Of a stretch of 24,110 nt of DNA, positions 1 to 8,667 are shown piece by piece. How positions within the stretch are numbered: position 1 is the stretch's first letter; each line of letters starts with the position of its first letter. The translations under genes and the position numbers were made by a program. The notes beneath the pieces are model-generated. The model worked only from the letters and a program-made list of their open reading frames with translations, did no database searches and was not told the DNA's origin. Source of the stretch: a virus (Duplodnaviria; Caudoviricetes); the IMG/VR virus record IMGVR_UViG_3300032076_000047, positions 1-24,110 of that record. One strand, written 5' to 3'.

Positions 1-133
1 TCGGGGCTTCCGGGGTAGGCGTTGGAGGCGTGTTGGCATCTTTGATCTCTCCGGTCGGGGTCCGAGCCTCAGGCGAATTGGCCAAGGGCGGTGTCGGCGT
101 CGGTGTCGTCAGGTTCTCTGGGGCTCCGCTCAT
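1..133 (-). CDS. Putative capsid scaffold/assembly protein, N-terminus (runs off the window)
   Basis: ATG at 133 with GGAGA upstream; open frame MSGAPENLTTPTPTPPLANSPEARTPTGEIK... to the window edge; Pro/Thr-rich; follows portal and Bbp19-like gene as in BPP-1-like phages. Not in the ORF track. Confidence 0.55.
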   Translation of the reverse strand, partial: MSGAPENLTTPTPTPPLANSPEARTPTGEIKDANTPPTPTPEAP

Positions 134-437
134 CGGGTATCTCCTGGACTTGTGCTTCGCGCATCATGGCGACGAATTCATCGGGACAGAAATTCACTAT
201 ATCAGAGTATAGTTTCAAACCAACATTCCGCTCGCCCTTGGCATAGGCCTCGTGCAGGGCGTTGCCGGTGAACGGGTCGTTGAATATGTGGCAGAATTCG
301 AGGATGTTGTAGAAGAACCTCCGGCCTTGGATTGTTCGCATCGCCACGGTGAGGAACTCGATCCTCTCGCGCTCTAGGAGTTGGGCGCGCTTTTCTGCGC
401 GGCGAATGTCTTTCCGATTTGAGGCGTCGTAGGTCAT
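69..437 (-). CDS. Bbp19-like small virion-module protein
   Basis: GRRFFYNILEFCHIF...AYAKGERNVGLKL resembles the Bbp19-like motif (GRR..W..L....F....EG.R..GL); ATGA overlap with the portal stop. Confidence 0.7.
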   Translation of the reverse strand: MTYDASNRKDIRRAEKRAQLLERERIEFLTVAMRTIQGRRFFYNILEFCHIFNDPFTGNALHEAYAKGERNVGLKLYSDIVNFCPDEFVAMMREAQVQEIPDERSPREPDDTDADTALGQFA

Positions 438-2215
438 TGGCCAGGTCCTCCGCCTGGGCCACCAGGTCCGACAGGGCCACCAGGTCCGCCGCCGCCCTGG
501 CCACCCATGAGCGCCTGTAGCGCGTTCTGGCCTCCGCCAACATCCGCCTGCGAGAGGTTCTTGGCGCCTTGAGAAAGCTGTTGAGCAATAGCCGCTTGCT
601 GCGCCTGTTGGTTCTGCTGCTGCCGCTGTTGGCGGATTTGCGCGAGGGCATCTTTGGACCTAATCATCTTTGGATCGTTGTTGAGCAGGCTGGACATCTT
701 CTCTAGGGAATAGTCCGTGTCGATGTTGTCCATAATCTCCGGGACCACCCCAACGAGGTTGCCGGCCATCGACAGGACCCGTTCGATCGAAGCCGCCTTC
801 GTCGCCGCCTGGGCCTGCGCGAGCATCGAGACGAATTCGATGTTCATCATCTTCCCTTGCAGCTCTGCTGGCGCGGGTGGGAGAATCCCGGCCCGATTGG
901 CGATCCCGAACACGCGTTCGATGATCGGCTTCAGGACTTCGTTGTCGATGCGCTCAAGCGCAGGGCCGAGCATGACCAAAGACTCTGACTTCCTCAGGTC
1001 CCATTCCACGGCCGTTACATTCGACCGGGTTTCATACTGCGAGGCCACTCTAAGTACATCGTTGAAGAAAGTCTGGGAGAGGCGTTGCTTGACCATCTCC
1101 AAGTCGGCGGTGATTTCCTGAACCGGGAATTTGGTTTCATAAGCCGAGGCAAAGCCGGGCTTGCCGGCCGCTTGGAAGCCTTGGATGTATGTGATTCCGC
1201 CGGGAGTGAGATTGGCCGGTTGGTTCTTGAGCTGAACATCGGCCACAAGGGGCGGATTGACCATCTTGTCAATGGCCTGAAGTTTGCGGCGGGTTTCAAG
1301 CTGTAATTGCTTCTGATCAGGTAACGCATCCATTCCCGGGGACCGGCCATAGGCATCATTGGAGACCACGTCCCATCGGCCAGTAATCGCAGGAGGCTCA
1401 TAGAAGCCGGACTTGCGGAGGAATGATTTCGGATCAGCAACCCCGCCTTGCGGCCCCGTCGAACCGCCCCATTCCCAATACGCTTCCCGGACTGGGAACC
1501 GAGTGGAGTAGCCGAATTCACTGGCTTTGCCATCGTCGTTGGGCTCTATAATATGCGCGATGATCAGTTCTCTGGTTCGGTTGGCGCCGGCTTGGTCTTC
1601 GTAGAGTTGCTTGATCGGATCGGAGACGTTGTCGAAACCGAACTGGTCCACGCAGGCATCGACGGTGAGGGTGAATTCGCGCATGAAAACCCTCGGCCGA
1701 TACTTCCCATCGAGGTCGACGTAGTATTCGCCGAGGCAGGGATTGATACAGTATATAACATTCTCAAAGTCTTCGTAGACCAAAATCGAAGCTGTGCCAA
1801 AGACAACTAAGTCGAAATAAAACACCGCGATGGAGTTGTAGAAATTACTCTCGCTGAATATCAGATACAAGAGCCGTTCCACTTCCGCTAACCACAGGCT
1901 GACCGGAGTTGTCTCCGTAGAGTCTAGCCGGCCGATTCTCAGTCGGAACCATGGCTGCGTTGGGGAGGACTTGCCAGATACCAGACCTGAACCCAAATTC
2001 CGGGCGCATATCACACCCGTAGAGTCGAGTATGTGCTGGTTGATCGGCGAGCCACGGGCCAACTGATTTGGGGTTATAATCCATTTATACCTCCGGGGGA
2101 GAAAGTAGTCGGCCAGTTCGCGCCAATGCACCCACCAAGAATAGCGATTCACGCGCTCGCCGATCAATCGGCCTTCGCAATAGCGGCGATAGCGTAGGTC
2201 AGACTCGGTGGTCAT
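434..2215 (-). CDS. Portal (head-tail connector) protein, T7/BPP-1 type
   Basis: 593 aa; W.ELADYFLP, DSTG..CARNLGSGL, YGRSPGMDALPD.KQLQ, TAVEW..RK.E...MLGP..ER; Gln-rich C-terminal helix; downstream of TerL. Confidence 0.92.
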   Translation of the reverse strand: MTTESDLRYRRYCEGRLIGERVNRYSWWVHWRELADYFLPRRYKWIITPNQLARGSPINQHILDSTGVICARNLGSGLVSGKSSPTQPWFRLRIGRLDSTETTPVSLWLAEVERLLYLIFSESNFYNSIAVFYFDLVVFGTASILVYEDFENVIYCINPCLGEYYVDLDGKYRPRVFMREFTLTVDACVDQFGFDNVSDPIKQLYEDQAGANRTRELIIAHIIEPNDDGKASEFGYSTRFPVREAYWEWGGSTGPQGGVADPKSFLRKSGFYEPPAITGRWDVVSNDAYGRSPGMDALPDQKQLQLETRRKLQAIDKMVNPPLVADVQLKNQPANLTPGGITYIQGFQAAGKPGFASAYETKFPVQEITADLEMVKQRLSQTFFNDVLRVASQYETRSNVTAVEWDLRKSESLVMLGPALERIDNEVLKPIIERVFGIANRAGILPPAPAELQGKMMNIEFVSMLAQAQAATKAASIERVLSMAGNLVGVVPEIMDNIDTDYSLEKMSSLLNNDPKMIRSKDALAQIRQQRQQQNQQAQQAAIAQQLSQGAKNLSQADVGGGQNALQALMGGQGGGGPGGPVGPGGPGGGPGQ

Positions 2216-2676
2216 GAGACTCCGGTAGGTTCTTGGCGTTGTTTGGGTTCTATCTTCTTCATAGGCCTCAGGCGCTCCACACCCGGGCGGCGAGGACGAG
2301 GATCGGGCGTTAGGGCTGTTTCAGGAGCATCCCCTGTCATGCCTTCATCGCGCTGGCGATATCTGAACAGCCCTCCCTTAACCGCTGAGCCGGGAGTGGC
2401 CGAACCGCCATGGCTGCTGACATCCGGCGTCTTGCCCATGAAGCCTTTATCCGGATCGCGTATATCTTCGATGTTCTTCGACCAGCCTTCTGGAACATTC
2501 GCGGCCAGTTCCTTCCGCGAATTATCCGGAAGATTTTGGTCGAGGGTAGAGCCTGGAGCGAAAAGCCGACCCTGTGCGTGCATGAGGCTCGCGGCCATGA
2601 GCAGGAAATGATCCGGCGGCATCGGCCGAGCGAACATCGGAACAACGTTATCGCTTTCGCTAGCCGGGACTTGCAT
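2212..2676 (-). CDS. Hypothetical protein between TerL and portal
   Basis: 154 aa ORF, AGGAG upstream, ATGA overlap with the portal start. Confidence 0.6.
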   Translation of the reverse strand: MQVPASESDNVVPMFARPMPPDHFLLMAASLMHAQGRLFAPGSTLDQNLPDNSRKELAANVPEGWSKNIEDIRDPDKGFMGKTPDVSSHGGSATPGSAVKGGLFRYRQRDEGMTGDAPETALTPDPRPRRPGVERLRPMKKIEPKQRQEPTGVS

Positions 2677-2677
2677 G

Positions 2678-2962
2678 CTACGCTCCTAAGAGGGTCTTAG
2701 CGCCCACGTTCTGCTGCTGCGGAGCTGCGGCGGCGGCGGAAAGGAATGATTGACTCGGGCCAGTTGGGGTCCGGGCTGGTCCGGCCGGTGTCACCGGCGC
2801 TGCGGCCGGTTCCTGTTGCTTCGGGAGCATTTGCGGAATCGCTTGCACAAGCTGGGCCTCTTGAGCCGCCGCTTGCTGCGCTGCGATCATCTCTTCCCTT
2901 CGTTGGTGGGCCGGGGTGCCAGCGCCGAATGAAGCGAATAGGCCGGATATGGGAGAGGTCAT
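2678..2962 (-). CDS. Small Ala/Gln/Pro-rich virion-associated protein
   Basis: ATG 2962 overlaps the TerL stop (ATGA); C-terminal KTLLGA is typical of small genes preceding podovirus portals. Confidence 0.65.
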   Translation of the reverse strand: MTSPISGLFASFGAGTPAHQRREEMIAAQQAAAQEAQLVQAIPQMLPKQQEPAAAPVTPAGPARTPTGPSQSFLSAAAAAPQQQNVGAKTLLGA

Positions 2963-4458
2963 ATGGCTATCCTTTCGAATGGCTCCCATTCAGTTTCGAC
3001 TGGGTCCTTATGCGGGAATTCCCCACCGGCCCAAGCGTTGGCCGCGAGTGGCCCGCCGAAGGTCAAGGCCAGGGCATCGAGATCATCGAGGATCAGGCCG
3101 GGATTGTCGTCCATTAAATCCTCCTTCGGGGTTAGGAGAATCTTCTCCTTTAGGTGCGTGTAGCGAACGGCCAGCATGGCCTTCTTAAGGTCCGGGTCTT
3201 CCGGAATGGCGCCGGTTTTTAGCCAAGACCTTAGCGCTCCATACATCGCCGCGCGCTTGTTGTAGTATTGTTCGCCGACTGTGTCGAAGAGGATTCCTGT
3301 AACATCATCCTTGCCAGAGAAGTTAACCTCATGGACAACGAGACGCTTCTCCCGGCATTGATCGACCACACCTCCGCCCACTCCGCCGCCATCGATGAAG
3401 ATTCCATCTGGCCTCCATGCCAGCCATGATTCGAAGACACGATTGGCAAGCTCAGAGGTGGACACGCCGGAATAAGACTTACGTTCGATAGTTCTAGCAT
3501 CGCGGCCCTTTCGAGGATAGATGACTGAGCTGTTGGTGCCGTAGCGAGCCACGTCAACGCCAATAGCGAGTGGGGTGGATCGGTCGGTGTAAGGTAGGTC
3601 GCGGGACATGGCCAGTTCGATGTCTTCCAGCGCGAAGAACTCCATCTCGCCGCGGCGTGGGAATTGGCCGAGGACACGAATCCTGACGAAGTCGGAATCC
3701 TCGCCATAGGCGCGAATCCACTTCTCAAACCGGGATTTGTTGGTGATCTTAACGGATCGGGAATCGATCTGGGTGCAGTCCCAGAAGTCAGAGTGGATTC
3801 CGCCGGGGAAGCATTCGCGGAATCGGCCGAGGTTCCGGGTCGGGTTGCCGAATACTAACCAGATGATCTGGGTGTCAGAATCGGTCAACGCGCCTTCGGC
3901 CGTTTCCCAGATGATATCGTGGATTTCCGACGCCTCGTCGAAGATTAGAAGAATCCGCTTGCCTTGGTTATGTAACCCGGCGAATGCGGTTGGGTTCTTC
4001 TCCGACCAAGCGATAGCATCGATCCGCCAAGTCCGCTCTCGGTCGGGGTCTTTGGCGAATAGCGCTGTAGCGGTGAGGGTGAAATGCGCGCGGGAGAACC
4101 AGCAGAGATTGAACCACTTCCCAAGCTCGGCCCAAGTCTTGGTCTTCAGCTGTGATTCGGTGTTGGCGGTAATAGTCCCGCGCATGTCGGGGAAGGTAGT
4201 AAAGGCCCAGAGAATGATCCAAGCGACGGTGGCGGACTTCCCAATCCCGTGGCCACTGGCCGTCGCGATCTGAATGGCCTCGTTTATGTTAACGAGTCTG
4301 GCCTTTATCTTCCGCATAAGGACCCGGGACCATTCATCCGGGCCGGAGAAGTTCTCTAAAACAGTGCCAGGCTCTCCCCATGGAAACGCTCCCATGGTGA
4401 ATGCCTCAGGGTCATCGGCTACGCTGGCTAACCAGTCGAGTAGCGCTTCATCCATCAT
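2959..4458 (-). CDS. terL: Terminase large subunit
   Basis: Walker A ASGHGIGKS, Walker B LLIFDEASEI, coupling motif FGNPTR, RNase H-like nuclease IGVDVARYG, IDGGGVGGGVVD. Confidence 0.95.
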   Translation of the reverse strand: MMDEALLDWLASVADDPEAFTMGAFPWGEPGTVLENFSGPDEWSRVLMRKIKARLVNINEAIQIATASGHGIGKSATVAWIILWAFTTFPDMRGTITANTESQLKTKTWAELGKWFNLCWFSRAHFTLTATALFAKDPDRERTWRIDAIAWSEKNPTAFAGLHNQGKRILLIFDEASEIHDIIWETAEGALTDSDTQIIWLVFGNPTRNLGRFRECFPGGIHSDFWDCTQIDSRSVKITNKSRFEKWIRAYGEDSDFVRIRVLGQFPRRGEMEFFALEDIELAMSRDLPYTDRSTPLAIGVDVARYGTNSSVIYPRKGRDARTIERKSYSGVSTSELANRVFESWLAWRPDGIFIDGGGVGGGVVDQCREKRLVVHEVNFSGKDDVTGILFDTVGEQYYNKRAAMYGALRSWLKTGAIPEDPDLKKAMLAVRYTHLKEKILLTPKEDLMDDNPGLILDDLDALALTFGGPLAANAWAGGEFPHKDPVETEWEPFERIAI

Positions 4459-4488
4459 ACCCCCGGGAGGGGGTAGAGGGCTACTCCA

Positions 4489-5040
4489 TTAACCCTCTAC
4501 CCCAGCTCCCGCATCGAGAACCCTTTGGCTGCGCCTGCGAGCAGCCTCGAGTTTAGCCGCAAAATCAACATTAACGTTCATGTTAATGGACTTCTTAGCA
4601 ATCCCGATGCGGTCGGCGAAGTCACTAGCCACTGCTAGTGCTCGTGGTAGCGGCACTAGCTCATTGGCCTCGTCCGCCGAATCGAAATGATCTTCGATCG
4701 TGCGTAGAGACTTCCGATAGATTCGGGAAGAAGTCAAGAAGTTCAAATCTACTTCCGGGTCTAGCCGGGCATGGCGTTTCTCCCTCTCTTCAGCGATCAA
4801 GTCCACTAGACTCGGGTCGACCGAAAGGGTAACGACCCGGGAATACGAATACCCCACCATCTCGGCGACCTGTCGCAGGTTATAGCCGCCGGCGATGAGA
4901 TAAGCGATCATGTGATGTGAATCGCGTAGCCTGGTTATCCGCCGCGTAGCCGACTTCGCTTGCAGATTCGCGAGATCGGCCCGTTCCAACGGCCGGACTC
5001 CGCGCAACCGCGGGCTCCGATGATCACGCTGGATTCTCAT
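4489..5040 (-). CDS. terS: Probable terminase small subunit (HTH)
   Basis: Start re-called at ATG 5040 (GGAGAAGGG upstream); HTH-like HHMIAYLIAGGYNLRQVAEMVGYSYSRV; C-terminal NVDFAAKLEAARRR; directly upstream of TerL. Confidence 0.65.
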   Translation of the reverse strand: MRIQRDHRSPRLRGVRPLERADLANLQAKSATRRITRLRDSHHMIAYLIAGGYNLRQVAEMVGYSYSRVVTLSVDPSLVDLIAEEREKRHARLDPEVDLNFLTSSRIYRKSLRTIEDHFDSADEANELVPLPRALAVASDFADRIGIAKKSINMNVNVDFAAKLEAARRRSQRVLDAGAGVEG

Positions 5041-5335
5041 ATCCCTTCTCCATATACTCAGCGCGAATCCGCGCCAGATCCTCTTCAATCCGGTCTGGGT
5101 GACTCGGCACCCAGAGAACCTGATCGAAATACACCCCCTGAACCGGGAACCATCCCGGCACCTCCTTCCCTGCCAGCTCCCTATGCTTCGCCACTCTCGC
5201 CAGCACATTCTTCGCCCGCCCTACACAAACCGGCCGACCGCGCCGAAGCAACACATACACCCCCATCCCCAACATCTCCGTCGAGTCCACCAACCGCCGA
5301 TTCAACCAAACCACCAAACTTTCGGCCGGTTCCAT
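5024..5335 (-). CDS. GIY-YIG-like nuclease-fold protein
   Basis: Start re-called at ATG 5335; GVYVLLRRGRPVCVGRAKNVLARVAKH matches GIY-x(9-11)-YIG-x-A-x-N-x-x-x-R-x-x-x-H with Tyr replaced by Cys. Confidence 0.6.
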   Translation of the reverse strand: MEPAESLVVWLNRRLVDSTEMLGMGVYVLLRRGRPVCVGRAKNVLARVAKHRELAGKEVPGWFPVQGVYFDQVLWVPSHPDRIEEDLARIRAEYMEKGYENPA

Positions 5336-5386
5336 TGGCTTCGCCTTCCTCTGGCTCTCGCCCTCTACTTTCTGGCCGTTTCGGCC

Positions 5387-5415
5387 AGCTAAGCACAATT
5401 CCTTATAAAAGTCAA
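5387..5415 (-). promoter_or_regulatory. Possible leftward sigma70-like promoter for the packaging operon
   Basis: Minus strand TTGACT-17 bp-TTAGCT in an AT-rich gap upstream of the GIY-YIG/terS genes; the -10 match is weak. Confidence 0.35.
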
Positions 5416-5513
5416 TAGCACAAAAACAACAATCGCGATCATCAATTCCAAAACGGCCAATTTTCAAATTTTCTGTCTGAGGGGGTGGGGGCCGCGCGCC
5501 AGGACAAAATTTT

Positions 5514-5537
5514 GGCCCCCGGGGTGAGCCGGGGGCC
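5514..5537. terminator. GC-rich hairpin (possible terminator or packaging-site element)
   Basis: GGCCCCCGG-GGTGAG-CCGGGGGCC perfect 9-bp stem next to AAAATTTT, just downstream of the 5562 ORF stop. Confidence 0.4.
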
Positions 5538-5561
5538 GGGAGGAGGCTGGTCAGTAGCCGG

Positions 5562-5867
5562 CTAGGCTTTCCAGGCCAGCTTGGCGCGATGCTTCTCGAT
5601 AAACTGGCGCATCGGGCTGTCGGCCGGAGCCTGGACGTGATCCAGGAAAATGAGCCACTGGCTGGCATAGGCTGTCATAGGATGGCGCGAGTTGACGAAT
5701 ACGGATATCCCGCCTTTCTGGCCATCGCCATCGTTCACCTTCATGATGACGCCGGAGCCGCCCTTGCTGGCAAGCTGCGCTTGGAGTGCTGCATTCGCCG
5801 CGCTCTGTGCCTCGACGATTTTCTTGAGCTGGTCAATCTGCGCTTGCAGGTCTGGAAGAACGCTCAT
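5562..5867 (-). CDS. Hypothetical protein (N-terminal coiled coil plus KGGISVF..RHPMT.Y..QW domain)
   Basis: ATG 5867 with GGAG; heptad N-terminus; compact C-terminal domain. Confidence 0.7.
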   Translation of the reverse strand: MSVLPDLQAQIDQLKKIVEAQSAANAALQAQLASKGGSGVIMKVNDGDGQKGGISVFVNSRHPMTAYASQWLIFLDHVQAPADSPMRQFIEKHRAKLAWKA

Positions 5868-6127
5868 TTTCAAGCTCCATGTTGTGTCCGCCCCGCTTCA
5901 CATATGGGAACGGGGCGTTTGGGTTTCAAGTGCGACAATTCGTCGCATGGCCAAGTCGTTGATTTCATTCGCTTTTCGCCGGTTTAGCCGGCAAAGATTT
6001 AGCCGCCAAATTAGCCGGCGAACGAAGCCGAAGACTGTAGTCTGGACTCACTCAGTCTTGCTCTTAAGTATGGCCCAGACTCCGCGCGCAGTTCCACATG
6101 CTGGCCAGACCCAATTCTTCGAACCTA

Positions 6128-6364
6128 CCCTGATCAGACCCTGAACAACCCATGATCAACCTCGCATAGCCTAGCCTGAGCCTCGGACGCATTGTAAGCT
6201 CGCCACTAGTCACGGCACCCCACTACCCAAAGGCCTATTTTTATATATATATATACATATATACATGGGGTATAGGGGCCGCGTATAGTGCGTAACCGGC
6301 CCAGGCTAGACTATCGGGGGTAGGTCAGGGGTTGTTCAGGGGTTGGTCAGGGGCTGATCGAGGG
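6128..6364. repeat. Inverted iteron-like repeats flanking an AT-rich core (candidate replication origin)
   Basis: Left: CCCTGATCAGA, CCCTGAACAAC, CCATGATCAAC, then ATAGCCTAGCCTGAGCC (6166-6182). Core (TA)n at 6236-6266. Right: GGCCCAGGCTAGACTAT (6298-6314), then GTAGGTCAGGG, GTTGTTCAGGG, GTTGGTCAGGG, GCTGATCGAGGG. Confidence 0.7.
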
Positions 6365-6426
6365 ACAAAGGGAGGATAATGGACGATTGGTCAGGGTATA
6401 TCGGAGGAATTGGCCGAATTTTATTG

Positions 6427-6455
6427 TTGACAAGCCAGATTGCCTATGGTAGAAT
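6427..6455 (+). promoter_or_regulatory. Early sigma70 promoter P1
   Basis: TTGACA-17 bp-TAGAAT with extended -10 TG, at the head of the plus-strand gene block. Confidence 0.8.
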
Positions 6456-6558
6456 AGGCCATGATAGAGAATCATGCGGCGAATGGTCGCAGGGGGCTTC
6501 CGTTAGCCGGCGAAAGGTCCTATATTATAGGACGGGGCGGGAAACATGGAGAAAGAAG

Positions 6559-7047
6559 ATGGATAGCTACACGCTTCTCAGCACGATGCAGAGCCTGGTG
6601 AATAGGACAGACCTTTCTGATAGGCTTAGTGCCGCGGAAAGGTTTGTGATCTTGTTCGCTATGGAAAGGCTTAGCGCACTGGAGAAAGCGGCCGATGGGA
6701 TTAATCATGAGCAGACTTCGCGGTTGCTCTACGATGCTGCGAAGTTCTACCATGCGCATGGGGAGCGGATTAGGGCGATTAAGTATTATCGCGAAAGTCA
6801 GTTTCTTATAGACAGTAATGTTGGCCTGAAAGAGGCCAAGGATATAGTCGATGGCTGGCCCACGCCAGAGACCGTTATTGGCAATGCGGTTGTGGTTGTT
6901 AGTGACCGCAATGGCCGAAATGATTTCGCAGTCGGCCCATTCAAAGGGGCTCATGAGGCCAATGAATATGGCGAGGCCCATTTCAGCGATTCTGAAGATG
7001 GCCAGTCATGGGTATGGGCTCCGCTCTGCGAGGCGAATAAGCCATGA
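6559..7047 (+). CDS. Early protein with ribosomal bL12 C-terminal-like motif
   Basis: Start re-called at ATG 6559 (GGAGA, downstream of P1); RIRAIKYYRE...VGLKEAKDIVDG resembles L7/L12 CTD IK.VR..TGLGLKEAKDLVE. Confidence 0.6.
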   Translation: MDSYTLLSTMQSLVNRTDLSDRLSAAERFVILFAMERLSALEKAADGINHEQTSRLLYDAAKFYHAHGERIRAIKYYRESQFLIDSNVGLKEAKDIVDGWPTPETVIGNAVVVVSDRNGRNDFAVGPFKGAHEANEYGEAHFSDSEDGQSWVWAPLCEANKP

Positions 7048-7292
7048 GCCGGTATCGGGTCACAATCACCCTCATCATCATCGCCCCGTCACACGAAAGT
7101 GTGGCGCGGCGAGTGGCTGATATGTTGAAAGACCATGTCGGCCAGTATGATGCCAAGTATTTCGAAATGGATCGCGAAGCTATCCGCGATGAAATCACAG
7201 CCTACGCTATCAAGCGGGGCATCGATCAAGATGACATTGGCGATGATTGGCTCGATCTATTGATCGACATGTTGGTGGATGCAAGCACATGA
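7044..7292 (+). CDS. Hypothetical acidic protein
   Basis: ATGA-coupled at both ends. Confidence 0.6.
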   Translation: MSRYRVTITLIIIAPSHESVARRVADMLKDHVGQYDAKYFEMDREAIRDEITAYAIKRGIDQDDIGDDWLDLLIDMLVDAST

Positions 7293-7648
7293 AACAGAAC
7301 AGGAAACTCCTCGCAGCCTGGATTGATGAATTCGGGCTTGATGCAGTGCTCGACATGATCAGCGACATATGCATGGCCAAAGCTGACCGCATTCGCAAGA
7401 ATTGGCGGCCACCGAATAGCCTGGAAGTGCGCTTACCCGGTAGATGGCCGATGATCATAACCCTTGGAGATGGTGACGTGAAGCAGATGACAATAACGCG
7501 GGCTAGGGCCTTGGTCAAAGAGGCCATAAAGGGCCAGGGATTGAAGCTCAGCCATGTCGCTAGGGAGGACATTGATAACGCTGCTAGGCGGCTGATCGAG
7601 AACTGGAAGGAATGGGACAAGCGGGAGAAGGTCGATGATCAAGGTTAG
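7289..7648 (+). CDS. Hypothetical protein
   Basis: Start re-called at ATG 7289 (ATGA overlap). Confidence 0.55.
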   Translation: MKQNRKLLAAWIDEFGLDAVLDMISDICMAKADRIRKNWRPPNSLEVRLPGRWPMIITLGDGDVKQMTITRARALVKEAIKGQGLKLSHVAREDIDNAARRLIENWKEWDKREKVDDQG

Positions 7649-7883
7649 TGTGATAATAAACACAGCGGACAGGGATGGTATCTATGAGGGCGAGGCTGAG
7701 GTCAATTCTCTCGACGAAATCCCGGCCACTGCGCTAGTCCATTGGCCTGATGCTACATCGCTCGAAATAGCCTATGTCTTCTCTGTAAACCCTATCACTG
7801 ATCCGCCCGCGGTCCCACGTGCTAGCGCTGCGGTCAATGACTTCGCCCATATCAATCGCCAGCTTAAGCGCTGGACCCCATAG
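7635..7883 (+). CDS. Hypothetical protein
   Basis: GGAGAAGG RBS; in operon order. Confidence 0.55.
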   Translation: MIKVSVIINTADRDGIYEGEAEVNSLDEIPATALVHWPDATSLEIAYVFSVNPITDPPAVPRASAAVNDFAHINRQLKRWTP

Positions 7884-8028
7884 TCGCCGGAGAAGAGCAT
7901 CTATATGGTGCTCTTCCTCGGCCACTAGGCCGCGCCACACCAAAAGGCCAAAGATGGACACAAACCAGAGACGTCTGCAGGCTGTCCATAGCGCCCCGTG
8001 GTGTAACCCCGACAAGAGGGAGCCAATC

Positions 8029-8667
8029 ATGGCTATCTTGCAAGTGCCTATCACTAAAGCCGGTAAGAAACTGGCTGTCGACACTGAGAGCATCCCGCAA
8101 GAGATGTTCGATGGAATCTTCGCCGAAGGCATTAAGGTTTACCTTAATGCCAAAGCAACGAAGATTCATACTAAGGACCTCGAAGGGAGTGATCTCGAAG
8201 AGGCCCAAGCCGCCGCGATGGAGCAGGCTCAGAAGAACTTAGTCGCCATTTATGAAGGCAAGTTCCGCAAGGGTCGCGCTACCGGAATGGTGAAGGACGG
8301 GAAGAAAGTTCCCGGCAAGGTTATGACTGAGGCCATGCGCCTTGCTCGTAACACTGTGAAGGACGCATTGAGGGAGGCGGATATCCGCATTTCTCATGTG
8401 GAGGCCTCAGAGATCACACGAGCTGCCAGAGAGCTTGTGGAGAACAATGAGGACTACGTCCTCCAGGCTGAGAAGAACCTGGAGGAGAGGGCGAGCAAGC
8501 CCATTGCCAAAGATATCGCGGCAATGGTCAAAGTCTCGCCGAAGCTGGTCGCCAAGGCCGAAAAGGTCAAGGCGGATAAGAAGGCCGAGCGGCAGCTTTC
8601 TGCCAAGCAGGCCGGACTGCCTAAGACTAGAGTGCCGCCGAAACGCGGTTCTCAGCCTACCGCCTAA
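8029..8667 (+). CDS. Lys/Ala-rich helical protein, possibly DNA-binding
   Basis: Start re-called at ATG 8029 (GAGGGAG RBS); basic C-terminal tail KLVAKAEKVKADKKAERQ...; flanked by hairpin-rich intergenic regions. Confidence 0.75.
   Translation: MAILQVPITKAGKKLAVDTESIPQEMFDGIFAEGIKVYLNAKATKIHTKDLEGSDLEEAQAAAMEQAQKNLVAIYEGKFRKGRATGMVKDGKKVPGKVMTEAMRLARNTVKDALREADIRISHVEASEITRAARELVENNEDYVLQAEKNLEERASKPIAKDIAAMVKVSPKLVAKAEKVKADKKAERQLSAKQAGLPKTRVPPKRGSQPTA

Noticed and set aside
434-510. Gly-Pro repeats at the portal C-terminus
   Set aside because: Short low-complexity coding tail, explained by the CDS.
6379-6558. N-terminal extensions of ORFs 6379, 7819, 10524, 12309, 5208 and 5668 in the ORF track
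   Set aside because: They run through promoters, hairpins, arrays or other genes; downstream ATGs have better RBSs.
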